Shown piece after piece: positions 18,698 to 27,382 of a stretch of DNA of 64,000 nt (its first letter is position 1; the number at the start of each line of letters is the position of its first letter). Below the pieces are notes generated by a model that searched no databases, was not told where the DNA came from, and saw nothing but the letters and a program-made list of their open reading frames with translations. Source of the stretch: a virus (lineage: Duplodnaviria > Caudoviricetes); IMG/VR virus record IMGVR_UViG_3300021255_004000, positions 195,308 through 259,307 of that record, one strand, 5' to 3'. A program made the translations under genes and the position numbers.

Positions 18698-19225
18698 TTA
18701 GTCTCCCCAGTACTTCGTGTTTGCGTAGAAGGCCATAACTTCATCAGCGTGACCTAACTTGTCAAAGTGGAGAACTGCAGCTCCAGTTTTGTAAGGCTTT
18801 GGCTGATTTTCATCGCGGAACTTCAACCAATTCTGATAGTCAATCTTGAACTGTGCAAGGTCTGCTTCATACTTTGCAGCAGCAGCTTTTCCAGTTTTTG
18901 TTCTTTTATCAAACTTCTTTGCTTCAGGTTTTTTAGGACAAGGATTTGCTTTAACCCATTCAGCTCTTTCATCTGCCTGAGAGATACCTGCAAAAGATCC
19001 GATTTCAAATCCTGCTTTTTCAGCGGCAAACTCGATTGTACTTCTCAAGCCATCAGGTGTTGGGAAGTCGAAAAACTCTCCAGTAGGATTGATGCCTTCA
19101 CCATAAAGATAAAGTTCATCATATGTACCTGAGCCTTCAGAAGTGATTTTTGTTTCAACTTTTATGTTCGGAAACTTTTCTGCAAGTTCCTTTGTAAGAC
19201 TTTCAAAAAACTGTGCGCATACCAT
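18698..19225 (-). CDS. hypothetical protein
   Basis: 175 aa; AGGAGG RBS; terminator-like hairpin at 18657-18675. Confidence 0.65.
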   Translation of the reverse strand: MVCAQFFESLTKELAEKFPNIKVETKITSEGSGTYDELYLYGEGINPTGEFFDFPTPDGLRSTIEFAAEKAGFEIGSFAGISQADERAEWVKANPCPKKPEAKKFDKRTKTGKAAAAKYEADLAQFKIDYQNWLKFRDENQPKPYKTGAAVLHFDKLGHADEVMAFYANTKYWGD

Positions 19226-19236
19226 ATTGTTCCTCC

Positions 19237-19410
19237 TTATTTTGTTCCTTTCATTTCACGGCGGCGCTGGAAGTAAAGATGAGTTGCATCTGACAATGAG
19301 AGATTTTTTGCATAAAGCTCACCGTTCTCAAAATAAGCACACCAGCGGCCTTTTTTCTCGACAAAAGTTCCTTCATTCTGTGGGTCCTGAAGTTCGATTG
19401 TTGTTCTCAT
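19237..19410 (-). CDS. small early protein (not in the ORF track)
   Basis: MRTTIELQDPQNEGTFVEKKGRWCAYFENG...; AAGGAG RBS after a class E promoter. Confidence 0.6.
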   Translation of the reverse strand: MRTTIELQDPQNEGTFVEKKGRWCAYFENGELYAKNLSLSDATHLYFQRRREMKGTK

Positions 19411-19442
19411 AATTTACTCCTTGTCGTGTTGTTTACAAAAAT

Positions 19443-19471
19443 AATATAAAAGATGCTCGTGCAAAGTTCAA
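19443..19471 (-). promoter_or_regulatory. class E promoter
   Basis: TTGAAC-17bp-TATATT. Confidence 0.8.
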
Positions 19472-19507
19472 TTTTTATTTAGACATTTTGACATTTTTTG
19501 TCTAAAT

Positions 19508-19541
19508 GACTTTTTTAGCTATATGGGACAATAATAAATAA
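19508..19541 (+). repeat. dispersed conserved element, copy 1
   Basis: GACTTTTTTAGCTATATGGGACAATAATAAATAA; exact reverse complement at 61891-61924; 26-bp core at 46614-46639. Confidence 0.9.
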
Positions 19542-19594
19542 GGAAATACAAGGATTTATTTATTATTGAACTTTTATAAAAATGACTAATTTAT

Positions 19595-19855
19595 ATGGAT
19601 CATAGGAAAGTATTATCAGCTAAACTTACTTTTATAAAAAATTATTTACACGGAGCTTCTGGGCGTTGTCTGACACTTCCGTTTGATTGGTTTTATGTAA
19701 GTGAGCCTATGTCTGATAAAGATGCTTATGGCCATCAGTCTTTTAAGGTTGTCGACTTGTTCAGAGAACATAAAGACAGCGTTATTAAGGAACTTAAAGA
19801 AGACAGCATCAAGGTTGAAACCGTGCCAAAGATGTACATCTTCAAGAAGTGTTAA
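19595..19855 (+). CDS. hypothetical protein
   Basis: 86 aa; ACTAATT motif 10 nt before the ATG. Confidence 0.55.
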   Translation: MDHRKVLSAKLTFIKNYLHGASGRCLTLPFDWFYVSEPMSDKDAYGHQSFKVVDLFREHKDSVIKELKEDSIKVETVPKMYIFKKC

Positions 19856-19877
19856 TATATTTAAGTAGGAGATCATT

Positions 19878-20048
19878 ATGGCAGATAGTGAATGCACAAA
19901 GCCATCTGAGACAGTAACACTTGTCAAAAATGGCGATGAAATTGTTATGGATAAAAAATCATATGAAGAAGGCGTTTTTTCAGGCAAACTCAAAGTAACT
20001 GAAGGAACAGATGGAAAGAAACATCTTCTCGAAAGAATGAACGGCTAA
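19878..20048 (+). CDS. small protein (not in the ORF track)
   Basis: MADSECTKPSETVTLVKNG...; GTTAATATA motif plus AGGAG RBS. Confidence 0.55.
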   Translation: MADSECTKPSETVTLVKNGDEIVMDKKSYEEGVFSGKLKVTEGTDGKKHLLERMNG

Positions 20049-20069
20049 ATCCGTATAAAAGAGGTAACA

Positions 20070-21047
20070 ATGCAATATGATGTAATTGCAGTTGATATGT
20101 TCAACTTGTATTATCGCAAGAAGAACAGTTCACTGGAAAAGGATCCTATATCTATTGCACGGAATATGGTTACTTTTATCAATAACGAGGTTATGCAACA
20201 CCTCACTGATGATGGTAAGTTGTTTCTTTTATATGACCCAATTCCTAAAACGGATTTAGGATTATCAAAAACTTTTAAGTATACTGAGCGTCAGGAAATT
20301 GTACACGCTTACAAAAAGAATCGTACTCACGACAGAAACTGTCTTACAGTTGTTGATCTTGTAAGAAAAAACTTTATCCACCGTGGTGGCAATGTTATTT
20401 CAGTAATCAGCGACAAATATGAAGCTGATGACTTTATGGAAAGTATTGTCAAAGAAAACGAAGGTAAAGATATTCTTATGATTACCAACGATGAAGATTG
20501 GTGTCGTTATTTGTCACCAAAAGTTGAAATGATGAATACAGATAATTGGCTTAATCTTTTTACTGTTGATTCATTCAGAGAGAAGTACAACTTCATTCCT
20601 TCAATCGCAGGAGTTTGTGTTTGGAAGGCTTGCTTTGGCGATGGTTCTGACAATATCAAAGGCGCACTTCAGGTTAAAGGCCTTAGGAAAGCAAATGATG
20701 TTAAACTTAAAGCTTTTGAATATGTTAAGTATCTTGGTGCAAATCAGGATGTTACTATTAAGCATATTGAAAGCTTAAAGAATCTTAGTCATTCAGACCT
20801 TTTGAATAAGCAAAATAAAACAGTTGAAGAAGAGTTTATTTACGCGCTCAATATGTTTGACCCCAAGTATGAGGTCACTTCTACTTTCTTTAGCAATCTT
20901 CGTGTTATCCAATCAAGATGCGATGATTATTTCAAGTTTGCAACAGCGAAAGAAGTAGATGAAAAGTACAACATTCTTATTGAAAAGACTTTGGGATTTA
21001 TCAAAAAAGAAGACCGTACTTTTAAGTTTGGAATGATTAAAGGTTAA
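20070..21047 (+). CDS. 5'-3' exonuclease / T4 RNase H-like flap nuclease
   Basis: IAVDMFN, YKKNR, YEADD, TNDEDW, GDGSDNIKG motifs. Confidence 0.85.
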   Translation: MQYDVIAVDMFNLYYRKKNSSLEKDPISIARNMVTFINNEVMQHLTDDGKLFLLYDPIPKTDLGLSKTFKYTERQEIVHAYKKNRTHDRNCLTVVDLVRKNFIHRGGNVISVISDKYEADDFMESIVKENEGKDILMITNDEDWCRYLSPKVEMMNTDNWLNLFTVDSFREKYNFIPSIAGVCVWKACFGDGSDNIKGALQVKGLRKANDVKLKAFEYVKYLGANQDVTIKHIESLKNLSHSDLLNKQNKTVEEEFIYALNMFDPKYEVTSTFFSNLRVIQSRCDDYFKFATAKEVDEKYNILIEKTLGFIKKEDRTFKFGMIKG

Positions 21048-21065
21048 TTATTCCTCGGAGGTTTT

Positions 21066-22049
21066 ATGTTGTATATTTTTGGCGATGTCCACTTGTCTGC
21101 GATGAATCCTTGGAATGCGGATGTCGGCGAAAACTTTATAAAGTGGTTTGAAGAGTTTTGCAAAGAAACAGCAAGAAAAGATATTACAGAAAGAAACATT
21201 CTTTGGCTTGGTGATATTACTGAAAAGGATGTCAACCCTGGCGATGTTATCGACCAAGAGTATCGTATCTTCAAACTTTGTTCAGATTATTTCGCAAATA
21301 CATATGTAATTATGGGCAATCACGACTTAAAGTTGTATAAGAAAAAAGCTCAGCATTCATTGAAGTTTTTGCGAAATCTTCCGAATGTAAATATTATTGA
21401 TAGTCCTCGTGACATTAAAATCAATGAAACAGTTGTAAGAATGTTGCCACATTTACGAGTTGAAGGTAAGTCACTTTCAGATTATTATTCACAACTTCAT
21501 TTCCGCACCGATGCTGATTTGGTTGTAGGACATTGGGCAAAGATTGACCCAAATCATCCAAACTGGGGAGGTGTTGATGTTTCAAATATGCGGGGAAAGG
21601 ATTTCTGCTTAGGCCACATTCATACAAGAATTGAGCCTTGTTACACAGGCTCTATTTTTGCAAACAAGTCAACTGAAGTTGGCGAAAGAGTTTATAAGGT
21701 TTATAACAATGGACACGAAGTTCAAAGTGTTGTACTACCCAACTTCCTTGAGTACAGAACTGTAAAGTATCCTGAAGATCCAAACACAGATGTAACAAGT
21801 CCTTATACGACTTTGGTTTTCGATGTTGAAAATGTTGTTTCTGTTCAGCAGGCAAGAGTTCAATATCCAAACATTTATGTTCGTGGAACTGTTAAGAAAA
21901 AGATTGACCGTGAATTGACAGAGTCAGTTAAATCATCTGATGTGTTCTTGTATAAGAATAACCTTCAGGCATACAATGATTGGTTGAAAGAAACGAAGTA
22001 TCCTATCGGAAGGCGTGCTTCGGCGATGATAAATGAATTGTTGAAATAA
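21066..22049 (+). CDS. Mre11/SbcD-like (gp47-like) recombination nuclease
   Basis: GDVH, LGDI, GNHD, GH, LGHIH, YTGS motifs. Confidence 0.82.
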   Translation: MLYIFGDVHLSAMNPWNADVGENFIKWFEEFCKETARKDITERNILWLGDITEKDVNPGDVIDQEYRIFKLCSDYFANTYVIMGNHDLKLYKKKAQHSLKFLRNLPNVNIIDSPRDIKINETVVRMLPHLRVEGKSLSDYYSQLHFRTDADLVVGHWAKIDPNHPNWGGVDVSNMRGKDFCLGHIHTRIEPCYTGSIFANKSTEVGERVYKVYNNGHEVQSVVLPNFLEYRTVKYPEDPNTDVTSPYTTLVFDVENVVSVQQARVQYPNIYVRGTVKKKIDRELTESVKSSDVFLYKNNLQAYNDWLKETKYPIGRRASAMINELLK

Positions 22050-22053
22050 GTTC

Positions 22054-22078
22054 AAGGCGGCGGAAAGCCGCCTTTTTT
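22054..22078 (+). terminator. intrinsic terminator
   Basis: AAGGCGGC-GGAAA-GCCGCC-TTTTTT. Confidence 0.8.
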
Positions 22079-22101
22079 ATTGTGTTAATATAATTTCTGA
22101 G

Positions 22102-23181
22102 ATGTGGCAATTCAGGCCACGAGGAGTTAAAGTGTTAACGATAGACAATTCACAAGAATTGACTGTTCACGACTTTATTAAGAATAAAGAACATCAACCT
22201 TTCAAAGGTTGGCGAACAGTTGCAAAAACCGAAAACTTCGGTCTTATCTTTGGTTGTACTGCTCCAACATTTGCTGGAATGTTGAAACAGGCAAACTTCA
22301 CTGAAGCTGAATGTGATGAGTTCATACAGCTTACAAATAACACACAGGCATATAACGCTGCACTTGCAAACAATATGGGCAGTAAGCATCCTATGAAAAC
22401 TGCTGATGTAAAGTTTATAGTTGTTGCAGATGCAATGCGTACATCATTCTTTGAAACATATCAAGGCCTTATGGGTCGTATCAAGCGAGAGCAGGCTTTT
22501 GCTCTCGCGCACGGTTATGTTCGTTCTTGGCACGGACCTGTAAGACATCTTGCTGAATTAAGATATTTATCAGTTTCACCTAAAGGTGAATTGCAGGGAG
22601 CAGACCGCTCTCTTTATTCTAAAATGTTTTCCCATCTTTTGAACAACGCGTGTAACTCAACAATTCAGACAATGGAATCCCGCATCGCTTTTTCAACTTG
22701 GGTAAACATTGCAAAGTATCTTGCTCTTTGGGGACTTAAATCATATTGTTGGAACAACATCCACGACTCTCTTGACTTTTACATTTACAAGCCTGAACTT
22801 GAGTTGGTTGTTGCATTAGCTAATGCTTGTGCTGCTTGGGACCGTGAACCTGTAAAAGGCATTCATATGTCATTTGATGCAGAGATTTCTGATCTTCAAG
22901 ATTATGAACATCGTTGTGCAACATATTACAAAGCAGGTGTTGGTGTTGATGTTTTGCCTATTGAAGAAGCGATTGAACATTATAACAAAAAGAATGGAAC
23001 AAACCTTAAGTGGTATGGTTGTGATTGGGAATATGACAAGTATGCTTCAAATCGACTTTCAATGTATGAGAAGTATTGTCAGTTAAACGGTAAAGAAAAT
23101 GTTGATGAATGGCTTGAACGATGGGGCGGTCCTGTAATCAATCAGCCTGCAATGGCTACTAGGAGAGTTGTAAATGGCTAA
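22102..23181 (+). CDS. family A DNA polymerase, C-terminal fragment (motifs B and C)
   Basis: RTVAKTENFGLIFG (motif B), GYVRSWHG, NSTIQ, NNIHDSLDF (motif C); probable start GTG at 22132 after GAGGAG. Confidence 0.88.
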   Translation: MWQFRPRGVKVLTIDNSQELTVHDFIKNKEHQPFKGWRTVAKTENFGLIFGCTAPTFAGMLKQANFTEAECDEFIQLTNNTQAYNAALANNMGSKHPMKTADVKFIVVADAMRTSFFETYQGLMGRIKREQAFALAHGYVRSWHGPVRHLAELRYLSVSPKGELQGADRSLYSKMFSHLLNNACNSTIQTMESRIAFSTWVNIAKYLALWGLKSYCWNNIHDSLDFYIYKPELELVVALANACAAWDREPVKGIHMSFDAEISDLQDYEHRCATYYKAGVGVDVLPIEEAIEHYNKKNGTNLKWYGCDWEYDKYASNRLSMYEKYCQLNGKENVDEWLERWGGPVINQPAMATRRVVNG

Positions 23182-23905
23182 GACAGAAGCAAAGAAATCA
23201 AAAATTGAAACACCTATGACAAAGTCAGTTGCAAGACGCGTTAAGATTCAAAAAGGCGAGCCTATTATTGAGCATAAAGAAGAAAAGCCTGCCCCAAAAA
23301 AACGCAGAACAAAGGCTGAAATCGAAGCAGAGAAGAGAGCAAAAGCTGAACGCAAAGCAGAGCTTGCAAGAAAGAAAGCAGAGCGTGAAGCAAAGAAACT
23401 TGCTCGTGAACAGAAGAAAGCTGAAAAAGAAGCCAAGATAAAAGCAAAGGCAGATGCTGTTGCTGCAAAAGAAAAAGAAAAAATTGAACTTGCAAAGCAG
23501 CAAAAAGAAATTGATAAACTTAAGGTTGACACAAAGAAGTATTGTAAGCCTGTCCCAATGACAAAGGCAGATAGAGACCACATCAAAAAGATTATGGCAA
23601 ATCCTGACTTTAAGTTGTCAATGTGTACACAGACTTATGGTAAAAGTACTTTCAGAGTTCTGAATCATCGTGAAAATGAACTTGTCATTTCTGTTGATGA
23701 TGTTTATTATTTTTATAATAAGACAACTGATAAAGGAATCAACTTTGGACCAATCTTTGAAACTTGGCTGTGCACAAGTAAACGGATTCCTTGGACAGAT
23801 CCAGAACCTGAAGTTAATATACCAAAACAAGAAGTTGCTCAGAAGGTTGTTGTAACAGATGAGCAGAAAAAAGCAATTATGAGAAAGATGAGAGGTAGAC
23901 GATAA
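23174..23905 (+). CDS. Lys/Ala/Glu-rich basic protein
   Basis: KKRRTKAEIEAEK... charged helical region; translationally coupled between the two polymerase fragments. Confidence 0.65.
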   Translation: MAKTEAKKSKIETPMTKSVARRVKIQKGEPIIEHKEEKPAPKKRRTKAEIEAEKRAKAERKAELARKKAEREAKKLAREQKKAEKEAKIKAKADAVAAKEKEKIELAKQQKEIDKLKVDTKKYCKPVPMTKADRDHIKKIMANPDFKLSMCTQTYGKSTFRVLNHRENELVISVDDVYYFYNKTTDKGINFGPIFETWLCTSKRIPWTDPEPEVNIPKQEVAQKVVVTDEQKKAIMRKMRGRR

Positions 23906-23906
23906 T

Positions 23907-25922
23907 ATGCCGTTTATGTTCGGGGGCATCCGTGAAAATGCCAAAGCAAAAGACTTGAAAAAAGCTGAGGATATGATTGATGTTATCGTTTGTGATCATC
24001 AGTCTGATGTAGGTGATTATTACATCTTCTTGCTTGATAAACAACCTACTGATGCAATTAAGCAGCTTATATTAAATCGTATCCGTGATGAAGGATACAC
24101 AAACTATATGGTACTTAACGCTGTTGAGTGTAAGTATCATAAAGAAGATTTGAAAGGTGAAGGTCTTACTGACTTTATGGTAAAGCACCGTTCAACTTGG
24201 CGTTCATACTTATATGATTACGAAGGCAAACACTGTAAAGCGATTATGTGTTTTGGTCCTGCGATGTATTCAATAAATGCTTCATCTGACATTATGACAG
24301 GTGACTTTTATGATACGAAGATGTTGCACCCATACTATTATATGGGTCACGAAATCTTTAAGTATGATACATTTGTTTTCCCAGTTGATGGGATTGATGA
24401 CCTTTACCCAGTTTTGAAAAACTCAAGTAACACTGTCAACTTCAAGACAAGATTCTTCTTCGAACAGTTGAAGAATATGAAGAAAGAAAAATATTCTTGG
24501 CAGCCCAACTTGAATGAACCGAAGTATGTTGTAATCAACAGTAAAGAAGAAGCTGATGATATGTTCAGACGCAATATGAATATGAAGTTGGTTGCATTCG
24601 ATACTGAAACAAACGGTTTGAAGTTTTATAAAAACTACATTCACTGTCTTACAATCTGTTGGGACGGCATCACAGGTTATTATGTACCTTGGAAGTTTGT
24701 TGACCCAGTTCTCTTTGAAGAAAATGTAATGTCGTGTGAACACCGTACTGGTGCTAACCCAAAGTTCGACTTGAAGTTCTTTTGGCAACACGGTGTATCA
24801 AGACGCGTAAATGTTACAGATGCAACGGACCGACTTGCGCATTGTATTACATCTGAGGTAAAGTCAGGTTTGAAGCCGCTTGCATATCGTTACACTCCAT
24901 TTGGTGGTTATGACATCAAACTTGACAAGTGGAAGAAAGAAACAAAGTGTGATGACTATACAAAGATACCAACAGAGATTTTGTCAAAGTATGCAACGAT
25001 GGATGCGATTGCAACTTGGCGTATTCAAGTTGAACTTTGGTTGCTTGTTGATGAAATCGACAGAAACTTTCCAAATGAAAAATATCCTGAGTGGACAATT
25101 CGTCGTTGGTATGAAACACAATGTATGGAAATCTACAAGGAAATCTGTAATGTTGAATGGCGCGGTATTTATGTAAATGTTGAACTTATGAATAAGTATC
25201 GTGAAGAACTTACAAAAGACCTTGATGAAAAAGAAGCAGAACTTCGTAAGATATGGGGTGTAGGTCCTGACTTCAACATTGGCTCAACAACTGAAGTTGG
25301 AAAGTTGTTTGAAAGATTGGGATGGGAATGTTTCGGCCGAAATGATGCTGGAGTTTATTTGACAAATGATGAAGCGATGGGAGCTTGGATAAGACAGAAT
25401 ATGCCAGGCGCTGCATTGCTTGCAGAATGGCGTACTGAAAGAACATCAAGAAACTCATTCTTAGGTATCATTGATGAAAAAGGACAGGAAACAGGTTGGT
25501 TGCAATATATTTATCACGATGAGAAAGATGGCAATCCTGAAGAAGGTGGTTCATATCGAGTTCAGCAGTCTTATCTTGTAATGGGAACGGAAACTTATCG
25601 TTTCATCGGTAAAGATCCAAACTTCCAAAACATTCCTACACGCAACAAGTATGCAGGATATGTAAAGAAATGTATTGATACACCACCTGCTGATTTGTAC
25701 ACAATCGTAGGTGACAGCGGAAAAGAGTACAACCTTGCTGAGTTTGAACTTGTTTACACAAACGAGGGTTATAAAACAGCAAAGGAATGTTTCTCAAATA
25801 TGCGTCGTTTGAAGTTTATTGAAAATGACCCAGAACATCCTGCAGTGTTAAGATGCGGTTTTGACAAACAAGAAGATGGTTCTTTCAACACTCCAGATCC
25901 TAAAGTTTGGTTTGGAGCATAA
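23907..25922 (+). CDS. family A DNA polymerase, N-terminal fragment (UDG-like domain?, 3'-5' exonuclease, thumb)
   Basis: AFDTETNG (Exo I), NPKFDL (Exo II), YATMDA (Exo III), FNIGS, TETYRF..KDPNFQNIP; ends before motif A. Confidence 0.88.
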   Translation: MPFMFGGIRENAKAKDLKKAEDMIDVIVCDHQSDVGDYYIFLLDKQPTDAIKQLILNRIRDEGYTNYMVLNAVECKYHKEDLKGEGLTDFMVKHRSTWRSYLYDYEGKHCKAIMCFGPAMYSINASSDIMTGDFYDTKMLHPYYYMGHEIFKYDTFVFPVDGIDDLYPVLKNSSNTVNFKTRFFFEQLKNMKKEKYSWQPNLNEPKYVVINSKEEADDMFRRNMNMKLVAFDTETNGLKFYKNYIHCLTICWDGITGYYVPWKFVDPVLFEENVMSCEHRTGANPKFDLKFFWQHGVSRRVNVTDATDRLAHCITSEVKSGLKPLAYRYTPFGGYDIKLDKWKKETKCDDYTKIPTEILSKYATMDAIATWRIQVELWLLVDEIDRNFPNEKYPEWTIRRWYETQCMEIYKEICNVEWRGIYVNVELMNKYREELTKDLDEKEAELRKIWGVGPDFNIGSTTEVGKLFERLGWECFGRNDAGVYLTNDEAMGAWIRQNMPGAALLAEWRTERTSRNSFLGIIDEKGQETGWLQYIYHDEKDGNPEEGGSYRVQQSYLVMGTETYRFIGKDPNFQNIPTRNKYAGYVKKCIDTPPADLYTIVGDSGKEYNLAEFELVYTNEGYKTAKECFSNMRRLKFIENDPEHPAVLRCGFDKQEDGSFNTPDPKVWFGA

Positions 25923-26025
25923 AAAATGCCGAGGTGATTTCGGATTGGATAAATAAATATCTAAGGAGATATTTCAAGGCTTTTTCCCGCCAATAGGATT
26001 CCATCCTGCCAATCAAACCTCGGCA
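25921..26025 (-). ncRNA. candidate structured small RNA (~100 nt)
   Basis: Nested stems GCCGAGGT/ACCTCGGC and GATTGG/CCAATC enclosing three hairpins; ACTAAAT motif upstream and a T6 tail. Confidence 0.55.
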
Positions 26026-26066
26026 ATAATTTAGTTTTTTTGTTTTCAAAAACTTTACACAAAAAT

Positions 26067-26091
26067 AAAGGCGAGCCCTTAAACTCGCCTT
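26067..26091 (-). terminator. intrinsic terminator (AAGGCGAG family)
   Basis: AAGGCGAG-loop-CTCGCCTT. Confidence 0.7.
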
Positions 26092-26112
26092 AAATATTTT
26101 CAAACTTTTAAT

Positions 26113-26499
26113 TTATTCCCAAACGCTTTCAAAATTGACTTCTGTCAACTGACCTGCTTTAATCTTTTTGAAAGTAGAAGCATTGCATCTTGTTACTCGA
26201 ACAACCTTTAAGATGTTGTCAGGAATGTTTCTTTCTTTTGCAATTTTGTTTCGGAACTTAATTGCAGTTTCCATATACTTCATTCGTCTAGGACCAATGA
26301 ATGAGTAAATGCCGCCTTTAAGAATTACAGCATTTGCAGCAGAATGATCACCCCACTCGCTTTCGTAAGGAGTTCTTCCATATCTGTAATCGTGATAATA
26401 TTTGATATGGTCTTTATCCTCATCATTCACCAGAATGTAATAAGGCACATCCATTTGATTTCTTGTTTTCTTAGGTGGTTGACTATGATTCCAATACAT
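26113..26499 (-). CDS. hypothetical protein
   Basis: 128 aa ORF. Confidence 0.55.
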   Translation of the reverse strand: MYWNHSQPPKKTRNQMDVPYYILVNDEDKDHIKYYHDYRYGRTPYESEWGDHSAANAVILKGGIYSFIGPRRMKYMETAIKFRNKIAKERNIPDNILKVVRVTRCNASTFKKIKAGQLTEVNFESVWE

Positions 26500-26503
26500 A
26501 AGC

Positions 26504-27337
26504 TTACTTCCAGTTTGTTACAATTCTTCCATCAGGATGTATAATGATATTTGAATATCCATCTTTATAATCAACTGATGTTTGTCTTGTCATATCTCCG
26601 AGGCAAACCCTTGCCCACTTTCCTTTATAACGGAATGTACAGTATACGAAGAAGTCTCCAATTCTGAATGTTCCTACTTCAATTTCAGGATCTTCTCGCA
26701 ACTGATTCCAAATATCAACACTGTACTCATCGTTGCCGATTTCTGTAAGGAATCTGAAAGAAAAGCCTTTCACATTCTCATACTTATCCATCATCTTTTT
26801 GACATTTTCAACAGTCATTGTGTTGTTGTCAAAAATAGTTTGTAAGCAGCATCTGTCATCGAACAGTTCAATGTTAGGATGTACATAATCATTTGAACTG
26901 ATATTGATAACAGGTATGTCAAGCTTCAAAATGTCAGGATTGTAAAGAGTTGTGTTTACAGAAAAGAATTTTCTTTCACCATTCTCACAAAAAGTATCGT
27001 ACAACTTTTTCACGTGTTCAATGTAAAGCGAAGGTTCTCCGCCTGTAACTGAAACACGAGCTGTCGGATGATTTTTCAAAACTTTTTTAAGAGCTTCAAT
27101 TTGGGCATCAAAGTTTTTGATACCTTTCATTGGGTTCTGTCTTTCAAGGCAAAATGGACAGTGGTAAGGACATTCTCTTGTCATAATAATCTGACAGTTG
27201 ATGTTGTAATAAAGCGGGCGACCAAACTCTGTGGAATCTTTTCGCTCGTTCATACGATATTCAAAGTCCTTCTGCATTTCATCTTTGATGAACTGATAAT
27301 TCGGTATGACCGGAATGAACGGTAATTTGCTGCTCAT
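26504..27337 (-). CDS. radical SAM protein
   Basis: CPYHCPFC (CxxxCxxC), VTGGEP. Confidence 0.85.
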   Translation of the reverse strand: MSSKLPFIPVIPNYQFIKDEMQKDFEYRMNERKDSTEFGRPLYYNINCQIIMTRECPYHCPFCLERQNPMKGIKNFDAQIEALKKVLKNHPTARVSVTGGEPSLYIEHVKKLYDTFCENGERKFFSVNTTLYNPDILKLDIPVINISSNDYVHPNIELFDDRCCLQTIFDNNTMTVENVKKMMDKYENVKGFSFRFLTEIGNDEYSVDIWNQLREDPEIEVGTFRIGDFFVYCTFRYKGKWARVCLGDMTRQTSVDYKDGYSNIIIHPDGRIVTNWK

Positions 27338-27382
27338 AATTTGCTCCCTTTCAAATAAGGTGGGCTTGCGCCCACCTAAGTT

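Noticed and set aside
22102-25922. Group I intron or complete intein explaining the split polymerase
   Set aside because: The fragments are in reversed order with their own starts and stops; no intron core, homing endonuclease or C-terminal HN splice motif was seen
25927-26025. tRNA gene
   Set aside because: No GTTCRA T-loop, canonical arm lengths or CCA end; kept only as an ncRNA candidate
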